Below, piece after piece: positions 44,514 through 56,881 of a DNA stretch of 64,000 nucleotides (positions are counted from its first letter, which is position 1; each line of letters begins with the position of its first letter). The notes under the pieces were generated by a model that was not told the origin of the DNA, searched no databases, and saw nothing but the letters and a program-made list of their open reading frames with translations. The stretch comes from Vulcanimicrobiota bacterium (GTDB taxonomy: Bacteria; Vulcanimicrobiota; Vulcanimicrobiia; Vulcanimicrobiales; Vulcanimicrobiaceae): NCBI GenBank assembly GCA_963714015.1, contig OY970223.1:448001-512000 (forward strand). The letters are read 5' to 3'. The position numbers and the translations under genes are program-made.

Positions 44514-47500
44514 ATGGAACAGGGGTACTATCGTCACGCCGCCGTGGCCGGCGACCGCGTCGTCTTCGTCTGTGAGGACGATCTGTGGAGCGCACCCACC
44601 GGCGGCGGCGCAGCGATCCGCCTCACCGCTACGCCGGGCCTCTGTACCTCGCCGCGCCTCTCGCCCGACGGCACGCAGATCGCGTTCGTGGCAAATGACG
44701 AAGGGGATCCGGAGATTTACGTCATGCCCGCCGCCGGCGGTAAGCCGCGCCGTTTAACCTATCTGGGCGGGACGATCGCAGCCGTATGCACGTGGAGCGC
44801 GGACGGCTCGGAAATTTTTTTCGTCAGCAATCCGAGCGCGTGGTATCAGCGCGAAACCCGCGGTTTTGCGGTGAACGCCGGCGGCGGACCGGTGCGCGAC
44901 CTCGCCCTGGGGCACATGAAATCGTATTTCCCGGGACCGGGCGGCGGCGCCGTCGTCGGCCGTAACGAGACGGATCCCGCGCGCTGGAAGCGTTACCGGG
45001 GCGGAACGTCGGGCGAAATTTGGATCGACCTGGGCTCGGGCGTATTCGAGCGGCTGCGTTTGCCGGACGGGAATGCCGTCTCGCCCATGTGGATTGGCGA
45101 TCGCATCTATTTTCTGACGGATCACGAAGGCATCGGAAATATTTATTCGTGCACGCTCGCCGGTGACGATCTGCGCCGTCATACGCATCACAGCGATTAC
45201 TACGTGCGATTTCCGTCGACCGACGGAAAGCGCATCGTATACACAGCGGGAGCGGCAATCTACTGTTTCGACGTCGAGCGCGACGAGGTCAGGGAACTGC
45301 AGATATCGGCACCGTCCGCGGCACCGCAATCGGCACGGCGGTTCGTCGACGGATCCGATGAGTTCGACGAATTCGTTCCGTCTCCCGACGGAACGCGTGT
45401 CGCCGTCATCGCGCGCGGACAGCCGTTCACGATGCCGCTCTGGGAAGAAGCGCCGGTAGATCGCGGCACCGGGAGCGCCGTACGGCACCGCTGCATCGCT
45501 TGGACCCACGACGGGACCCATCTGGTTACGAGCAGCGACCCCAACGGTTACGAGCAGCTGGCGCTTTACGACGCGCAATCATCGTCGCCGACCGTGCTGC
45601 TGACGAAAGGCGACGTCGGACGCGTCACCGAGATTGCCTGTTCCCCGCGCGGCAACCGCATCGCATTTGCAAATCACCGGTACGAACTGCTGCTGATCGA
45701 CGGCGAGGGCGCGCCGCGCGTACTCGACAAAAGCTTAGGCAATCGCATTACCGACTTGGCGTTTTCGCCGGACGGCCGTTGGCTGGCGTACGTCTGGTCT
45801 CCCGGCGGGGACAACGCGGCAATCGTCCGCATCGTCAAATGCAAATCCGGAAAGGTCTACGACGTCACGCCGCGGATGCGAGTGGATCAAAGCCCGGCAT
45901 GGGATCCCGAAGGACGCTACCTGTACTTCATTTCGATGCGGGACTTCGATCCGGTCTATGACGCGCTGCAGTTCGATCTGAGTTTTCCTCAAGCGCAGCG
46001 TCCATTTCTCGTTACGCTTCGCTCCGACGTTCCCAGCCCGTTCGTTCCCGCGCCCAAACCGGTGCACCGCGAGCACGACCACGAACACGAAGACGAAAAG
46101 AAGAACGGCAAAGCCTCGACGCGGATCGAGATCGATTTCGACGGCATTCAGGGCCGCATTCTGTCCTTTCCCGTGGACGAAGGGGAATACGGGCAGATCG
46201 TGGCGGTGAAGAACCGCGTGTACTTTACGCGATTCGAAGTCCGCGGCATCAAGCCGGGCGATCGTGACTGGAACGGTGAGGAATCGGGTGGAACGCTCTT
46301 GGCGTACGACTTCGACCAACAGCGGTGCGCCGCAGTCGCAACCGACGTATCACGCGTCGTTCTGGGAAGCGATTATCACACGCTTCTTTACAGCTCGCAC
46401 GATCGGCTTCGCGCGATCGATGCTCTGAGCGATCTCCCGGACGAAAACGACGATCTCAAACCGGCCGCGGAGCCCGGACGCAAGAGCGGGTGGATCGATC
46501 TGAATCGAATCAGCGTTGAGATCGACCCTCCGGCGGAGTGGCGTCAGATGTACCGTGAAGCGTGGCGGCTCCAAACCGAGCATTTTTGGGTGGAAGACAT
46601 GTCGGACATCGACTGGGATCGCGTTTTCGATCGCTATGAGACGCTGCTGCCGCGCGTGCGGACGCGCTCCGAACTCTCCGACGTCATTTGGGAAATGCAC
46701 GGCGAGCTCGGAACCTCGCACGCATACGAGATCGGCGGCGACGTGCGGCAGCCGCCCAAGTATCAGCGCGGCTTTTTGGGCGCGGACTTCCGCTACGACG
46801 ATGACGCGCGGGGCTGGCGAATCGCGCGCATCTACCGTGGCGATTCCTGGAATCGAGAGGTGGACTCACCGCTCGCGGAACCGGGCGCCAATCTGCGCGA
46901 GGGCGACGTGCTGATCGCCATCGGGGGTAAAGCTTTGACGCGCGGCTTCGGCCCCAACCAGGCGCTCGTGAACACCGCGGGTCGAGAAGTAGCGCTCGTC
47001 GTACGTACTTCGAGCGGCGAACGCCGTCTGAGCGTGAAGGCGCTCGAAAGCGAACAGGCCTTGCGCTATCGCGCCTGGGTCGAAGCCAATCGCGCGCTCG
47101 TGCACGAACGCTCCAACGGCGACATCGGTTACGTGCACGTGCCCGATATGGGGCCGTGGGGATTCTCGGAATTCCATCGCGGCTATCTGTCGGAATTCGA
47201 TCGCAAAGGCCTCATCGTCGACGTGCGATACAATCGCGGAGGCCACGTCTCGCCGCTCCTGCTCGAGAAACTGGCTCGCAAACGCGTCGGCTACGACGTC
47301 TCGCGTTACAGCAATAAGCCGATGCCCTATCCGCCGGAGTCGGTCGCCGGCCCTATCGTCGCAATCACCAATCAATTTGCCGGCTCCGACGGCGACATCT
47401 TCAGCCATTGCTTCAAGTTGTACGGACTCGGCGCACTCGTCGGCAAACGCACCTGGGGCGGCGTGGTCGGCATCAATCCGTATCACCACCTTGTGGACGG

Positions 47501-47738
47501 CACCATCACGACGCAGCCGGAGTTTTCATTCTGGTTCAAAGACGTCGGCTGGCGCGTCGAAAATTACGGCACCGATCCGGACTACGAAGTCGACATTGCG
47601 CCGCACGATTACCGCGACGGCAAAGATCCGCAGATGGAGTTCGCGCTGCGCCTCGTCACCGAGGCGGCCGCAAACTACAGCGAACCATACCCGGATCTGT
47701 CGACCAAACCGTCTTTGCCTTTACCATCTTTGCCTTAA
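44514..47738 (+). CDS. Tricorn protease (S41)
   Basis: WKRYRGG, PD40/beta-propeller repeats, GELGTSHAY, PDZ, DVRYNRGG, AGSDGD, RTWGG. Confidence 0.94.
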   Translation: MEQGYYRHAAVAGDRVVFVCEDDLWSAPTGGGAAIRLTATPGLCTSPRLSPDGTQIAFVANDEGDPEIYVMPAAGGKPRRLTYLGGTIAAVCTWSADGSEIFFVSNPSAWYQRETRGFAVNAGGGPVRDLALGHMKSYFPGPGGGAVVGRNETDPARWKRYRGGTSGEIWIDLGSGVFERLRLPDGNAVSPMWIGDRIYFLTDHEGIGNIYSCTLAGDDLRRHTHHSDYYVRFPSTDGKRIVYTAGAAIYCFDVERDEVRELQISAPSAAPQSARRFVDGSDEFDEFVPSPDGTRVAVIARGQPFTMPLWEEAPVDRGTGSAVRHRCIAWTHDGTHLVTSSDPNGYEQLALYDAQSSSPTVLLTKGDVGRVTEIACSPRGNRIAFANHRYELLLIDGEGAPRVLDKSLGNRITDLAFSPDGRWLAYVWSPGGDNAAIVRIVKCKSGKVYDVTPRMRVDQSPAWDPEGRYLYFISMRDFDPVYDALQFDLSFPQAQRPFLVTLRSDVPSPFVPAPKPVHREHDHEHEDEKKNGKASTRIEIDFDGIQGRILSFPVDEGEYGQIVAVKNRVYFTRFEVRGIKPGDRDWNGEESGGTLLAYDFDQQRCAAVATDVSRVVLGSDYHTLLYSSHDRLRAIDALSDLPDENDDLKPAAEPGRKSGWIDLNRISVEIDPPAEWRQMYREAWRLQTEHFWVEDMSDIDWDRVFDRYETLLPRVRTRSELSDVIWEMHGELGTSHAYEIGGDVRQPPKYQRGFLGADFRYDDDARGWRIARIYRGDSWNREVDSPLAEPGANLREGDVLIAIGGKALTRGFGPNQALVNTAGREVALVVRTSSGERRLSVKALESEQALRYRAWVEANRALVHERSNGDIGYVHVPDMGPWGFSEFHRGYLSEFDRKGLIVDVRYNRGGHVSPLLLEKLARKRVGYDVSRYSNKPMPYPPESVAGPIVAITNQFAGSDGDIFSHCFKLYGLGALVGKRTWGGVVGINPYHHLVDGTITTQPEFSFWFKDVGWRVENYGTDPDYEVDIAPHDYRDGKDPQMEFALRLVTEAAANYSEPYPDLSTKPSLPLPSLP

Positions 47739-47795
47739 GTCCCCAGCGAACTCAAAACGCGTCTCTAGTCCACACCTGCTTAGTAACCTCGGCCC

Positions 47796-47824
47796 TTGAC
47801 GGCAGCAGGCTGCTTTGGTACTAG
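47796..47824 (+). promoter_or_regulatory. Sigma70-type promoter for aceA-aceB
   Basis: TTGACG-N17-TACTAG with TG at the extended -10 position. Confidence 0.6.
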
Positions 47825-47920
47825 TTAGAGACTTAGCGGCTCTCATCCAACGGTCCAAAGGCACTCCTCCAATTGGAACGAGCCAATCGTAACGAACGCA
47901 CCAGCCAAAGGAGTTTGAAA

Positions 47921-49219
47921 GTGAGCGTTTCTGCCGCGTCGAGTTTAGAACACCGCTGGAAGAGCGAACCCCGCTGGGCCGGGATCGACCGCCGCTACAG
48001 CGCTGCCGACGTCGAGCGCCTGCGCGGCTCCGTGAAGGTCGAGCACACTTTGGCTCGACTGGGAGCGGACCGGCTGTGGCAACTGCTGCAGCAGGACGAG
48101 CCGGTGGCCGCTTTGGGCTGTCTGACCGGAAATCAGGCGGTTCAAGCCGTGAAGGCCGGACTGAAAGCGATTTATCTGAGCGGCTGGCAGGTGGCGGCCG
48201 ACGCTAATCTCGCCGGGCAGATGTATCCGGACCAGAGCCTGTACCCGGCGAACAGCGTGCCGAGCGTCGTCGAGCGGATCAACAACGCGCTGCAGCGCGC
48301 GGATCAAATCGACGTCAGCGAAGGGCGCAACACAACGTACTGGTTCGCGCCCATCGTTGCAGACGCGGAAGCGGGATTCGGCGGAGCACTCAACGTCTTC
48401 GAGCTCATGAAGGCGATGATCAAGGCGGGCGCGGCGGGAGTGCACTTTGAAGATCAACTCGCCTCCGAAAAGAAGTGCGGGCACATGGGCGGCAAAGTGC
48501 TGATTCCGACGCAGCAGGCGGTACGCCACCTGAGCGCCGCGCGGTTTGCTGCCGACGTCCTGGACGTGCCCACGATCGTCGTGGCGCGCACCGATGCCGA
48601 CGCCGCGCAGTTGCTTACCAGCGACGTCGATCCGCGCGACCGGGAGTTCTGCACCGGAGAGCGCACGGCCGAAGGCTTCTATCGGATTCGCGGCGGAATC
48701 GATGCCGCCATCGCTCGCGGCCTGGCCTATGCGCCGTATGCCGATTTGATCTGGTGCGAGACGTCCGAGCCGAACGTGGAAGCAGCACGGCGCTTCGCGC
48801 AGGCGATTCACGCCGCCCATCCGGGCAAGCTGCTCGCGTACAACTGTTCGCCGTCGTTCAACTGGAAAAAGAAACTGGAGGAGCGCAGTATCGCGCAATT
48901 CCGCGAATCCCTAAACGCGATGGGCTACAAGTTCCAATTCATCACGCTGGCCGGGTTCCACGCGCTCAACCACAGCATGTTCGAGCTGGCGCGCGATTTC
49001 AACGAGCGCGGCATGAGCGCGTATGCCGACTTTCAGGAGCGCGAGTTCGCCAGCGAAGTCTACGGATACACCGCGACGCGGCACCAACGCGAAGTCGGAA
49101 CCGGCTACTTCGACGAGATCGCTAAGGCGGTTGCCGACGGCACGTCTTCAACGACGGCGCTCTCGGGCTCGACCGAAGAAGAGCAGTTTTACGAGACGCA
49201 GACGCCGGCGGTTGCCTAA
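47921..49219 (+). CDS. aceA: Isocitrate lyase
   Basis: [40 protein letters not shown] before GTG. Confidence 0.97.
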   Translation: MSVSAASSLEHRWKSEPRWAGIDRRYSAADVERLRGSVKVEHTLARLGADRLWQLLQQDEPVAALGCLTGNQAVQAVKAGLKAIYLSGWQVAADANLAGQMYPDQSLYPANSVPSVVERINNALQRADQIDVSEGRNTTYWFAPIVADAEAGFGGALNVFELMKAMIKAGAAGVHFEDQLASEKKCGHMGGKVLIPTQQAVRHLSAARFAADVLDVPTIVVARTDADAAQLLTSDVDPRDREFCTGERTAEGFYRIRGGIDAAIARGLAYAPYADLIWCETSEPNVEAARRFAQAIHAAHPGKLLAYNCSPSFNWKKKLEERSIAQFRESLNAMGYKFQFITLAGFHALNHSMFELARDFNERGMSAYADFQEREFASEVYGYTATRHQREVGTGYFDEIAKAVADGTSSTTALSGSTEEEQFYETQTPAVA

Positions 49220-50747
49220 TGCAGACGCTTTCTCGCAACACGATGAACGCCGCGCCGGCGCAGTTCGAAATCCAACGCGATCTGCCGCCCGGCTTTGCTC
49301 AGTTTTACCGGCCGCTGCACGAAGCGTTTGCTGCGCGAGCGCGAGAGCTCGTGGAGGAACGCCGTCACGTCTTGGCGCGAGCGCACGAAGGCGTGCTGCC
49401 GGCGTACTTGGGCGCCGACAAAGGACGCCCGACCGATTGGCGGATCGCTCTGCCCCACTGGTGCCGGGATCAGCGCAATCAGATGACCGGCCCAGCGGAC
49501 GACGCCGAGCTGGTCGTCAAAATGCTGAACTCCGGCGCACCGGGAGTCATGCTCGATCTCGAAGATTCCATGGCCAACACGTGGGATCACCTGGTGCAGG
49601 GACATCGCAATATCGTCGAGGCGCTGTACGGAACGCTCTCGTACTTTGACGCAAAACGAGATGCGCGGATCGGTATAAAGCCTAGCGCAACGGTGATTTG
49701 GAACCGCGTGCGCGGGCTGCACCTCTCTCAAGCCGGAATTTTAGAAGAAACGACTCCCGCGCCGCTATTCGACGTTGCGCTTCTGGCGCACACGATCGAC
49801 CTCGATCGACTGCCGGAAAGAACGCTTTGCCTCTACATTCCGAAATCCGAATCGGCTCAGGAGGCGTTGTGGTGGAGCGATCTCTTCAATGCCGTCATCG
49901 CGGCGAAACGGTGGCCGGCGCAAGCGATCAAATGCATGGCTCTTGTGGAAGCGCATCCCCTGGCGTACCAGCTCGAAGAGTTCACCTTCAATCTGCGCAA
50001 GTATCTCGTCGGGCTGAATTTGGGACGCTGGGACTACATGGCAAGCTTGATTCACTATACGCTCGCCGATCCGGAATGGCTTCTGCCGGATCGGAACACG
50101 ATTCCGGTCGACGTTCCGTTTTTTCAGCGCTTGCGCGCGCTGATACCGGAAGTTTGTCATCGGCACGGCATGCTCGCCATCGGCGGAATGACCGCGCTGT
50201 ATCCCAGCCGTGAAGATCCGGACCTCAACGCTCGAGCCCTTGACGTATTGGCGCGCGACAAGAAAAACGAGGCGGATTGTTTGATGGACGGCGCGTGGAC
50301 CGGGCATCCCGATCAGAATCAGATTGCGGTCGCCCAATTTCCATATCCTAATCAGCTCGCATGCCGGCCGGCGTTCGTCGATCCCAACGCTGATTTGCGC
50401 CCGAAACCGGTTGACGTAGGAACCAAGAGCCTCGGCGGCACGCGTGCTGCAATTCGCACGGTTATCCGGTACCGCGCAGGAGTTCTGAGCGGCAAAGGCG
50501 CCAGTTTGCTGGACGGCTACATGGAAGACCTGGCTACGGACCGCATCTATAGGCTAATGATCGCGCAGCGCATGCGTCATCCCGGAGGTTATACGCCGGA
50601 CTCGCTGAGCGTAAGCTTCGATACCGAGCTGCAGCGAATTCTGAGCGAGTTCCGGCGGGCGCAGGAGACGACGAGCGCGAGCGCTTCAAACGGGCGCGCG
50701 AACTTTCGGAGCAGATGATTCTGCTCGGGGACTTCGACCCGGTTTAA
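49219..50747 (+). CDS. aceB: Malate synthase (A-like); 1-base deletion near 50650
   Basis: TGP, DLEDS, YIPK, GLNLGRWDY, AIGGM, DGAWTGHP, MEDLAT. Corrected tail ends FKRARELSEQMILLGDFDPV. Confidence 0.88.
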
Positions 50748-50764
50748 GGCTGCGTTAATCGTTG

Positions 50765-50827
50765 CCAGGAGTTGAAGAACTCCCTTGGAAAGTCGCTGCA
50801 AACGCGTCTTTCTAAAGGGAGTTTTTT
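50765..50827 (+). promoter_or_regulatory. Alternative RNA hairpins covering the receptor RBS (terminator/attenuator-like)
   Basis: AACTCC (50778-83) pairs either with GGAGTT (50768-73) or with AAGGGAGTT (50815-23); T6 follows. Confidence 0.6.
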
Positions 50828-50828
50828 C

Positions 50829-53412
50829 ATGCGATCCATACTGATCGCCGCACGCGCTTTGGCAATGACCGCTCTGGTTTTCGCTGTCGCGTCGGCCAGT
50901 GGTTTGGCACAAACCCCGAGTCCGGCCGGCGGTTCGGGCAGTATCACCGGAACGGTGACCAATGGAGTCAGCCAAGGACCGGTCGCCAACGCAACGGTGG
51001 AATTGGTCGGCACGGCTGTGGATAAAACGGCGCATTCGGACGCGTCGGGCAATTTTTCGTTCGACGGTTTGGCGGCCGGGTCGTACTCGCTCAAAACTAC
51101 GGCGCACGGATACACGCAGAGTACATCCGCGCCGTTCAGCGTCGGCGTGAACGAACAGGTCTCGCTGGCAGTCGCCCTGCAGCCCGTGAGCGGCGCCGAA
51201 CTGCGCACGATCAGACTCCGTCCGCGTCAACGGCAAGCAATCCGTGAACACGACCAGCACGCCCACCGTAACGATTACAAACCGGCAATTCGTCCAGGCC
51301 GGTCAGGTGCTGGTCGAGCAAGCGCTCGAGCAGACGCCCGGCGTGACGCTCGAGCATTACGACGGCGGACTGGGATCCGTCGCGACCGTTTCGATTCGCG
51401 GCGCCGGCGGCTTTATGCAGGGAAACAACACGGGCTACGAAGTGCTCGTGCTGCAGGACGGCGAGCCGATGCGCAACGGACAGTACGGCGACGCCGACCT
51501 CTCGACGCTGACCCCGTCGATTTACTCTCGCGTCGAAGTGCTCAAGGGCGTCGGCGGCACGTCGCTGTTCGGTGCCAATACGATCGGCGGCACCGTCAAT
51601 CTCGTCACGCGCGACCCGCTCGCCACCGAAGGCGGCCAATTCATCGGCGGCCTGGGCGGATTCGGCACGTTTCACTACGACCTGGTCGAAACAAATACGA
51701 TCGGAAAATTCGGCTATATTTTCGACCTGCACCGGCTGGGTACCGACGGCCCGGTTCCCGGCAGTTTCATCGCCGACTACGTGACGAATACGTACAACAA
51801 CAACAATACGGGCTGCACGACCGCGGCGACCTGCGGACCATTCTGGCATCCGACGCAGTCCTTCGCACTCGAGAGCGATCTCATCAAACTGAAATATCAG
51901 TTCTCTCCGGCCACCTTCCTGACGCTCAGCCAGCAAGGTGAGAGCGACATGCGCGATCAGATCGGCCTGCTGACGAATCCCACGAACGCCTACGGCGGGA
52001 ACGGCAACTACTTCGATCCGCTCGGCTATCCGTATTACTACGGTTTCCCCGGCGACCAACTCTGGAATATTGAACCAAAGATCGGCGCGGATCTCCACAC
52101 GCAAGCCGGCGGCGGCGATCTGATGCTTCGGTCGTACGGCGGCATCTTGGAACGCGTCGACGACGGCAACGGCGAACCCGCCGCAATTTGCTGTTACCTT
52201 CAACGTTCGATCGACCGGCTCTATGGCGACGAAGCGTACTGGACGAAGCTGTTCGGCAACCATACCGTGACCCTGGCGGCGGGAGGAAACGGCGACAGCT
52301 ACTTCTACGGTTCGACCGGGTCGAGCGACACGCCGCTCAATTTCGGCGACATCAATTTGACGAACGGCAAGCAGATCGAACGCACCTACATGGCGCGTGA
52401 CGACTGGCAAATGAATCCGCGCCTCGACATGAATCTGACGGGTTACTACAGCACCTACGACACGCTTCAGGTCAAGCGTTTCGATCCCCGATTGGGTTTA
52501 GTCTATCGGCCCGATCTCTCGACGGCCGTGCGCTTCTCCGCCGCCAGCGGCTTTGCGCCGCCGCGCCTTTCGGACTTGTATAATCCGCTCGACACCTACG
52601 CGGGCGACGCGCTCGCCGACGTGCGCTGTCCGTACAAAGACGGCGTCTACAACGGCTACTGCGTCGCAACGTCCGGCAACCCCAACATCAAGTCCGAGAC
52701 GGCAGTGGGATTCGATTTAGGCGTCGATCACACATTCGGTTTCGCGAACCGCGGTTTGGTCAGTCTGGATCTCTATCGCACCAACTTGAACGACCACATC
52801 TTCTACGTCGACGTGCCTGCGCCGGCCGGGACGGGAAACTTTACCGGCCACGCAAGCCAAGGCGGAAACCCGATTCTCTACGTTCAGGAGCCGATCAATC
52901 TGGCGCATGCGGTGTACGCGGGATTTGAATTCAACGGAGTCCTTCCGGTAACGCACAACTTCTCGCTGACCGGCCTCTACACGACCCAGGCGGCGTATCC
53001 GACGGGCGTCGACCTCGTTACCGAACAGAACGCCGGCGACGTCGTCAACAATCAGCAGTTCCTGGGCGTTCCGGTACACCAGGCGAGCTACGGCCTTCGG
53101 TACGACAACAATGCGGGGGCGTCGGCGTTCTTCCGCGGCGACGACTACATGCAGAACAACGCCTACGATCTGCCGCAGTTTTGGCTCTACAGCGCCGGAA
53201 TCACGGAACCAATGCCGAGCGACAATTCCCTGACCTTCGCCTGGCAGAATATCTTCAACAAAAACTCCCTGATTTTCTCGCAATTCAACGGCGGCGTGCC
53301 GTATCCGGGCGCAAGTCCCTACGGGCCGCTCGGCGAGACTGCTCATCCGGTTAATCCGCATTACATCATGGTCACGTTCACTCACAGTTGGGGTTCGCTG
53401 AGGAACCCCTAG
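50829..53412 (+). CDS. TonB-dependent receptor with N-terminal carboxypeptidase-regulatory-like domain; frameshift near 51215
   Basis: Signal peptide, GSITGTV..SDASGNFSF, plug (LEQTPGV, SIRG, RVEVLKG..SLFG.NTIGGTVNLVT), DPRLGLVY, GNPNIKSE, NIFNK. Confidence 0.9.
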
Positions 53413-53436
53413 CCCCTGAGCGTCCGCCAAGACCCC

Positions 53437-53467
53437 GGCGCCCCGCCCAACCGGCGGGGCGTCCCGT
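53437..53467 (+). terminator. GC-rich hairpin after the receptor gene
   Basis: GGCGCCCCGCC-CAACC-GGCGGGGCGTC; weak U-tract. Confidence 0.45.
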
Positions 53468-53519
53468 TTATCCCCGTAGCGTTGACGGCCGCCGCCGCAA
53501 AGCGTTATCACCTTTTAAG

Positions 53520-54609
53520 ATGAAACGCCTCTCCCCGCAGCGGCTTCGTTGGATTCTAGCCGTGATAGCGATCTACAGCGTCGTAGCGGTCTTGATGTTC
53601 GGCTACCATTACCTGAACGACGTCGCCAACGGAACGACGAGCACGTGGGAACGCCGTCTGATCGAAGAGACTACCGGCGTCTACACGGTGTGCCTGCTGG
53701 TTCCGTGGATCGTGTGGGTCGCTCGGCGTTTTCCGCCCAGGCGCTGCCATTGGGCAAGTGTAGTTGCGGCATGGCTTGGCGGCACGATAGTTTTCACGAT
53801 CGCCCACACCACGCTGATGGCGCTCAGCCGCATCGCGATCTACCACGGCTTAGGGCTCGGCCCGTATGACTACGGCATCATGCTTTACCGCTATCCCATG
53901 GAAGCTTCGAACGACGTCCTTTCCTTCGTGGTAGTAGCGGCAATCGTCACGTTCCTAGACCGCCTCCAGGCAGCCCGCGCAGCCGAACTCCACGCCGCGG
54001 AACTTCAGGCGAAGCTGGCCGAGGCGAAGCTCGAGAATTTGCGGCTGCAGCTGCATCCGCATTTTCTTTTCAATACCCTCAATGCAATCTCGACCGTTAT
54101 GTACGAGGACGTGCGAAAGGCCGACGCCATGCTGGCTAAGCTCAGCGACTTCATGCGCATGGTGCTCGCCTCGAGCGACGTGCAGCAGGTCAGCATCGAA
54201 GAAGAGCTCGGCGTCGAGCGAATGTACGTCGATATCATGACCGAGCGGCTCGAACGTCGCCTCACCCTGAGCGTTTCCGTCGAAGGAAGCGCGAGGGAAG
54301 CGTCGGTTCCGTTCATGCTGCTCCAGCCGCTGCTCGAGAATAGCATCCGGCACGGAATGCAGCTCGGCCGGCGACTCGCTCGATCTGCGAATCGACGTGC
54401 GCCGTTCGAACGGTTCAACCGTAATTTGCGTCTCCGACGACGGACGAGGCATCGTACCGGGAACTCCGCGCGGCATCGGTTTGAACAACGTCGAGTCGCG
54501 TCTGAAATACATGTACGGGAGCAGCGCATCCGTCGCTCTCGAACGGCGTAAGTCGGGCGGTACGCAGGCAACGATCGTTTACCCGTATTTGAAAGCTTCG
54601 AAGACGTGA
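53520..54609 (+). CDS. LytS/YehU-family sensor histidine kinase; frameshift near 54362
   Basis: 4 TM helices, QLHPHFLFNTLN, LQPLLENSIRHG; next frame has DDGRG, GIGLNNV, GGT. Confidence 0.9.
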
Positions 54610-55357
54610 GACTGCCTGTATTGGTTGCCGACGACGAAGCACCGGCGCGCCGCAAACTCGCGCGCTTCCTCGGCGCGCATGCCGACGTGGAGATCGTGGG
54701 GGAAGCTTCCAACGGTATCGATGCGGTAGACCTCATCGCGATGACCAAACCGAAGCTTGTCTTTCTCGACATACAGATGCCGGATTTGGACGGCCTCGGA
54801 GTCGCCGAGACCATCGTGCGCCTCGAGCAGCCGCCGTCGATCGTTTTCGTGACCGCTTTCGATCAGTACGCGGTGAAAGCGTTCGAGGTGAGCGCGCTCG
54901 ACTATCTGCTCAAACCGTACGACCGCGAACGTTTCGATCGCACGCTCGACCGCGCACGCACTTCGCGCGAACCCTTCCCGACGCCGGCCGCATTGCCGAG
55001 ACGCTGGCGCAGCTTCGCAACGAGGATCGCTACGTTCGTCGTCTCCTCATACCGAATGAGGGACGCTCGTTCTTCGTTGCAGTGCGCGAGGTTTTGCGCC
55101 TGGAATCACAAGGGAACAACGTGATGGTGCATAGCCGGCGCGGCCTCCACCAGCTTCGCTCGACGCTGGAATCGATCGAAACGCGGCTGGATCCGGCGCT
55201 CTTCGCCCGCGTGCACCGCTCCCATTTGGTGAACATCGACGAAATCGAAGAGATCCGCCCTTGGTTCCATGGCGATTACAAATTGCTCATGCGTGACGGC
55301 ACCGAAATCGCGTGGAGCCGCCGCTTTGCGGCAAAACGTTCGGATTTATTGAAGTGA
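54606..55357 (+). CDS. LytTR-family response regulator; 1-base deletion near 54960-54978
   Basis: ADDE, FLDIQMP, FVTAFDQYA, DYLLKP; next frame has FARVHRSHLVN. Confidence 0.92.
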
Positions 55358-56881
55358 CTGCCCAAGACCGTCCTCGAGGCGAGCAGTTGACGCCGTGGAT
55401 CGCAGCGGCGGCCGTCTTCGCGATCCACGCCGCAGGAAATCCTCACTATGGTTTTTTCCGCGACGAGCTCTACTTCATCATCTGCGGATTCCATCCGCAA
55501 TTCGGCTACGTCGATCAGCCTCCGGTCGTGCCGCTGCTCTCCGCGGGAACGCAGACTCTTCGGCCATTCGCTCTTCCTGCTTAGGCTACTACCGGCGCTC
55601 TTCGCAGCGGCAGGCGTCTACACGACGTGCCTGCTGGCGCTCGAATTCGGCGGCGGCGTCTTTGCGCAGCTTCTCTCTGCGGTTGTGTTTTTCTTCACGA
55701 CCGTGCTGATGAGTTTCGGCATGAAGGTCTCGACGGATACCGTCGGACTCTTCACCTGGCCTCTGCTCGCGTTGATACTGGTACGCATCGCCAAGGGAGC
55801 CGACCAGCGGCTCTGGCTGCTCGGCGGCGTCATCGCGGGCATTACGATAGAGAGCAAATACAGCGTGCTCTTCCTTATTGTCGCGCTCATAATCGGCTTG
55901 CTGCTGACGGCCGAGCGGCGTATTCTTTTCAATCGCTGGTGCGCGGCAGGAGCCGGCATTGCCGTACTCATAGCACTCCCCAACTTCCTCTGGCAGTGGC
56001 GCTTCGGCTTCCCGATGATCGAGCTGTTGAAGGCGGGGCAAAACGGAAAAAATCTCGTTGCCGGACCGCTGCTTTTTTTGGCCCAGCAGCTGATCATTAC
56101 GAACCTCTTCGTCTGGCCCGAGTGGGTGATTGGTTTCATCTGGCTGCTCGCCGCGACGCGCTTCCGCTTCTTGGGAATTGCCTACGCCGTGCTCATCGCC
56201 GAAATGATCGTGTTTCACGGTAAGCACTACTATCCGGCCGACGTTTATCCGACCCTCATCGCGGCCGGCGCCGTTCCAATCGAGCGCTGGACGCGCACAA
56301 GTAGAATTGCGCGCGGCGTCGTGGTCGCGTACGCAACCGTCTTCGGCATCGTCTTCCTTCCGTTCGCGCTGCCGGTACTCTCCGAAAGGACGTTCGTCGC
56401 ATACCAAAATCAAGTCGGAAGGGCCCTACATATTTCGAGATCGGCAACCGCAACGGAAGCCGGCCGTGAAACCGCAGCACTACCCGGCGATTGGGCCGAT
56501 ATGCACGGCTGGCGCCGGATGGCCGCAGCCGTCAAACGCGTGTACGACGATCTACCGCCGCCGCAGCGCGAACGCGCCGTCGTTTTTGCCGGCAACTATG
56601 GTGAAGCCGCCGCCGTAGAATTCTTCGATCCCGGAATTCCCGTGATCAGCGAGCACAATCAATACTATCTCTGGGGAACTCGCGGCTACGACGGCAGCGT
56701 TCTGGTGCAGATCAACGGCTCGTGTTTTCACTCCGACGGGTACTTCAGGTCCCGGACGCTTGCCGCCCGGCTGAACGATCCTTGGGCAATCTCGTACGAA
56801 GCGAACGCTCCGATTTGGGTCTGCCGCGGGATCAGAAAGCCGCTGCCGGAGATATGGCCGGCAATCAAGCTGTACGAATAA
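55354..56881 (+). CDS. Glycosyltransferase family 39 (ArnT/PMT-like); frameshift at 55555
   Basis: FFRDELYF, GYVDQPP, multiple TM helices, SKYS, PNFLWQ, NYGEAAA. Confidence 0.85.

Noticed and set aside
51794..51808. AAC microsatellite
   Set aside because: Short in-frame Asn run in a receptor loop; too short to suggest phase variation
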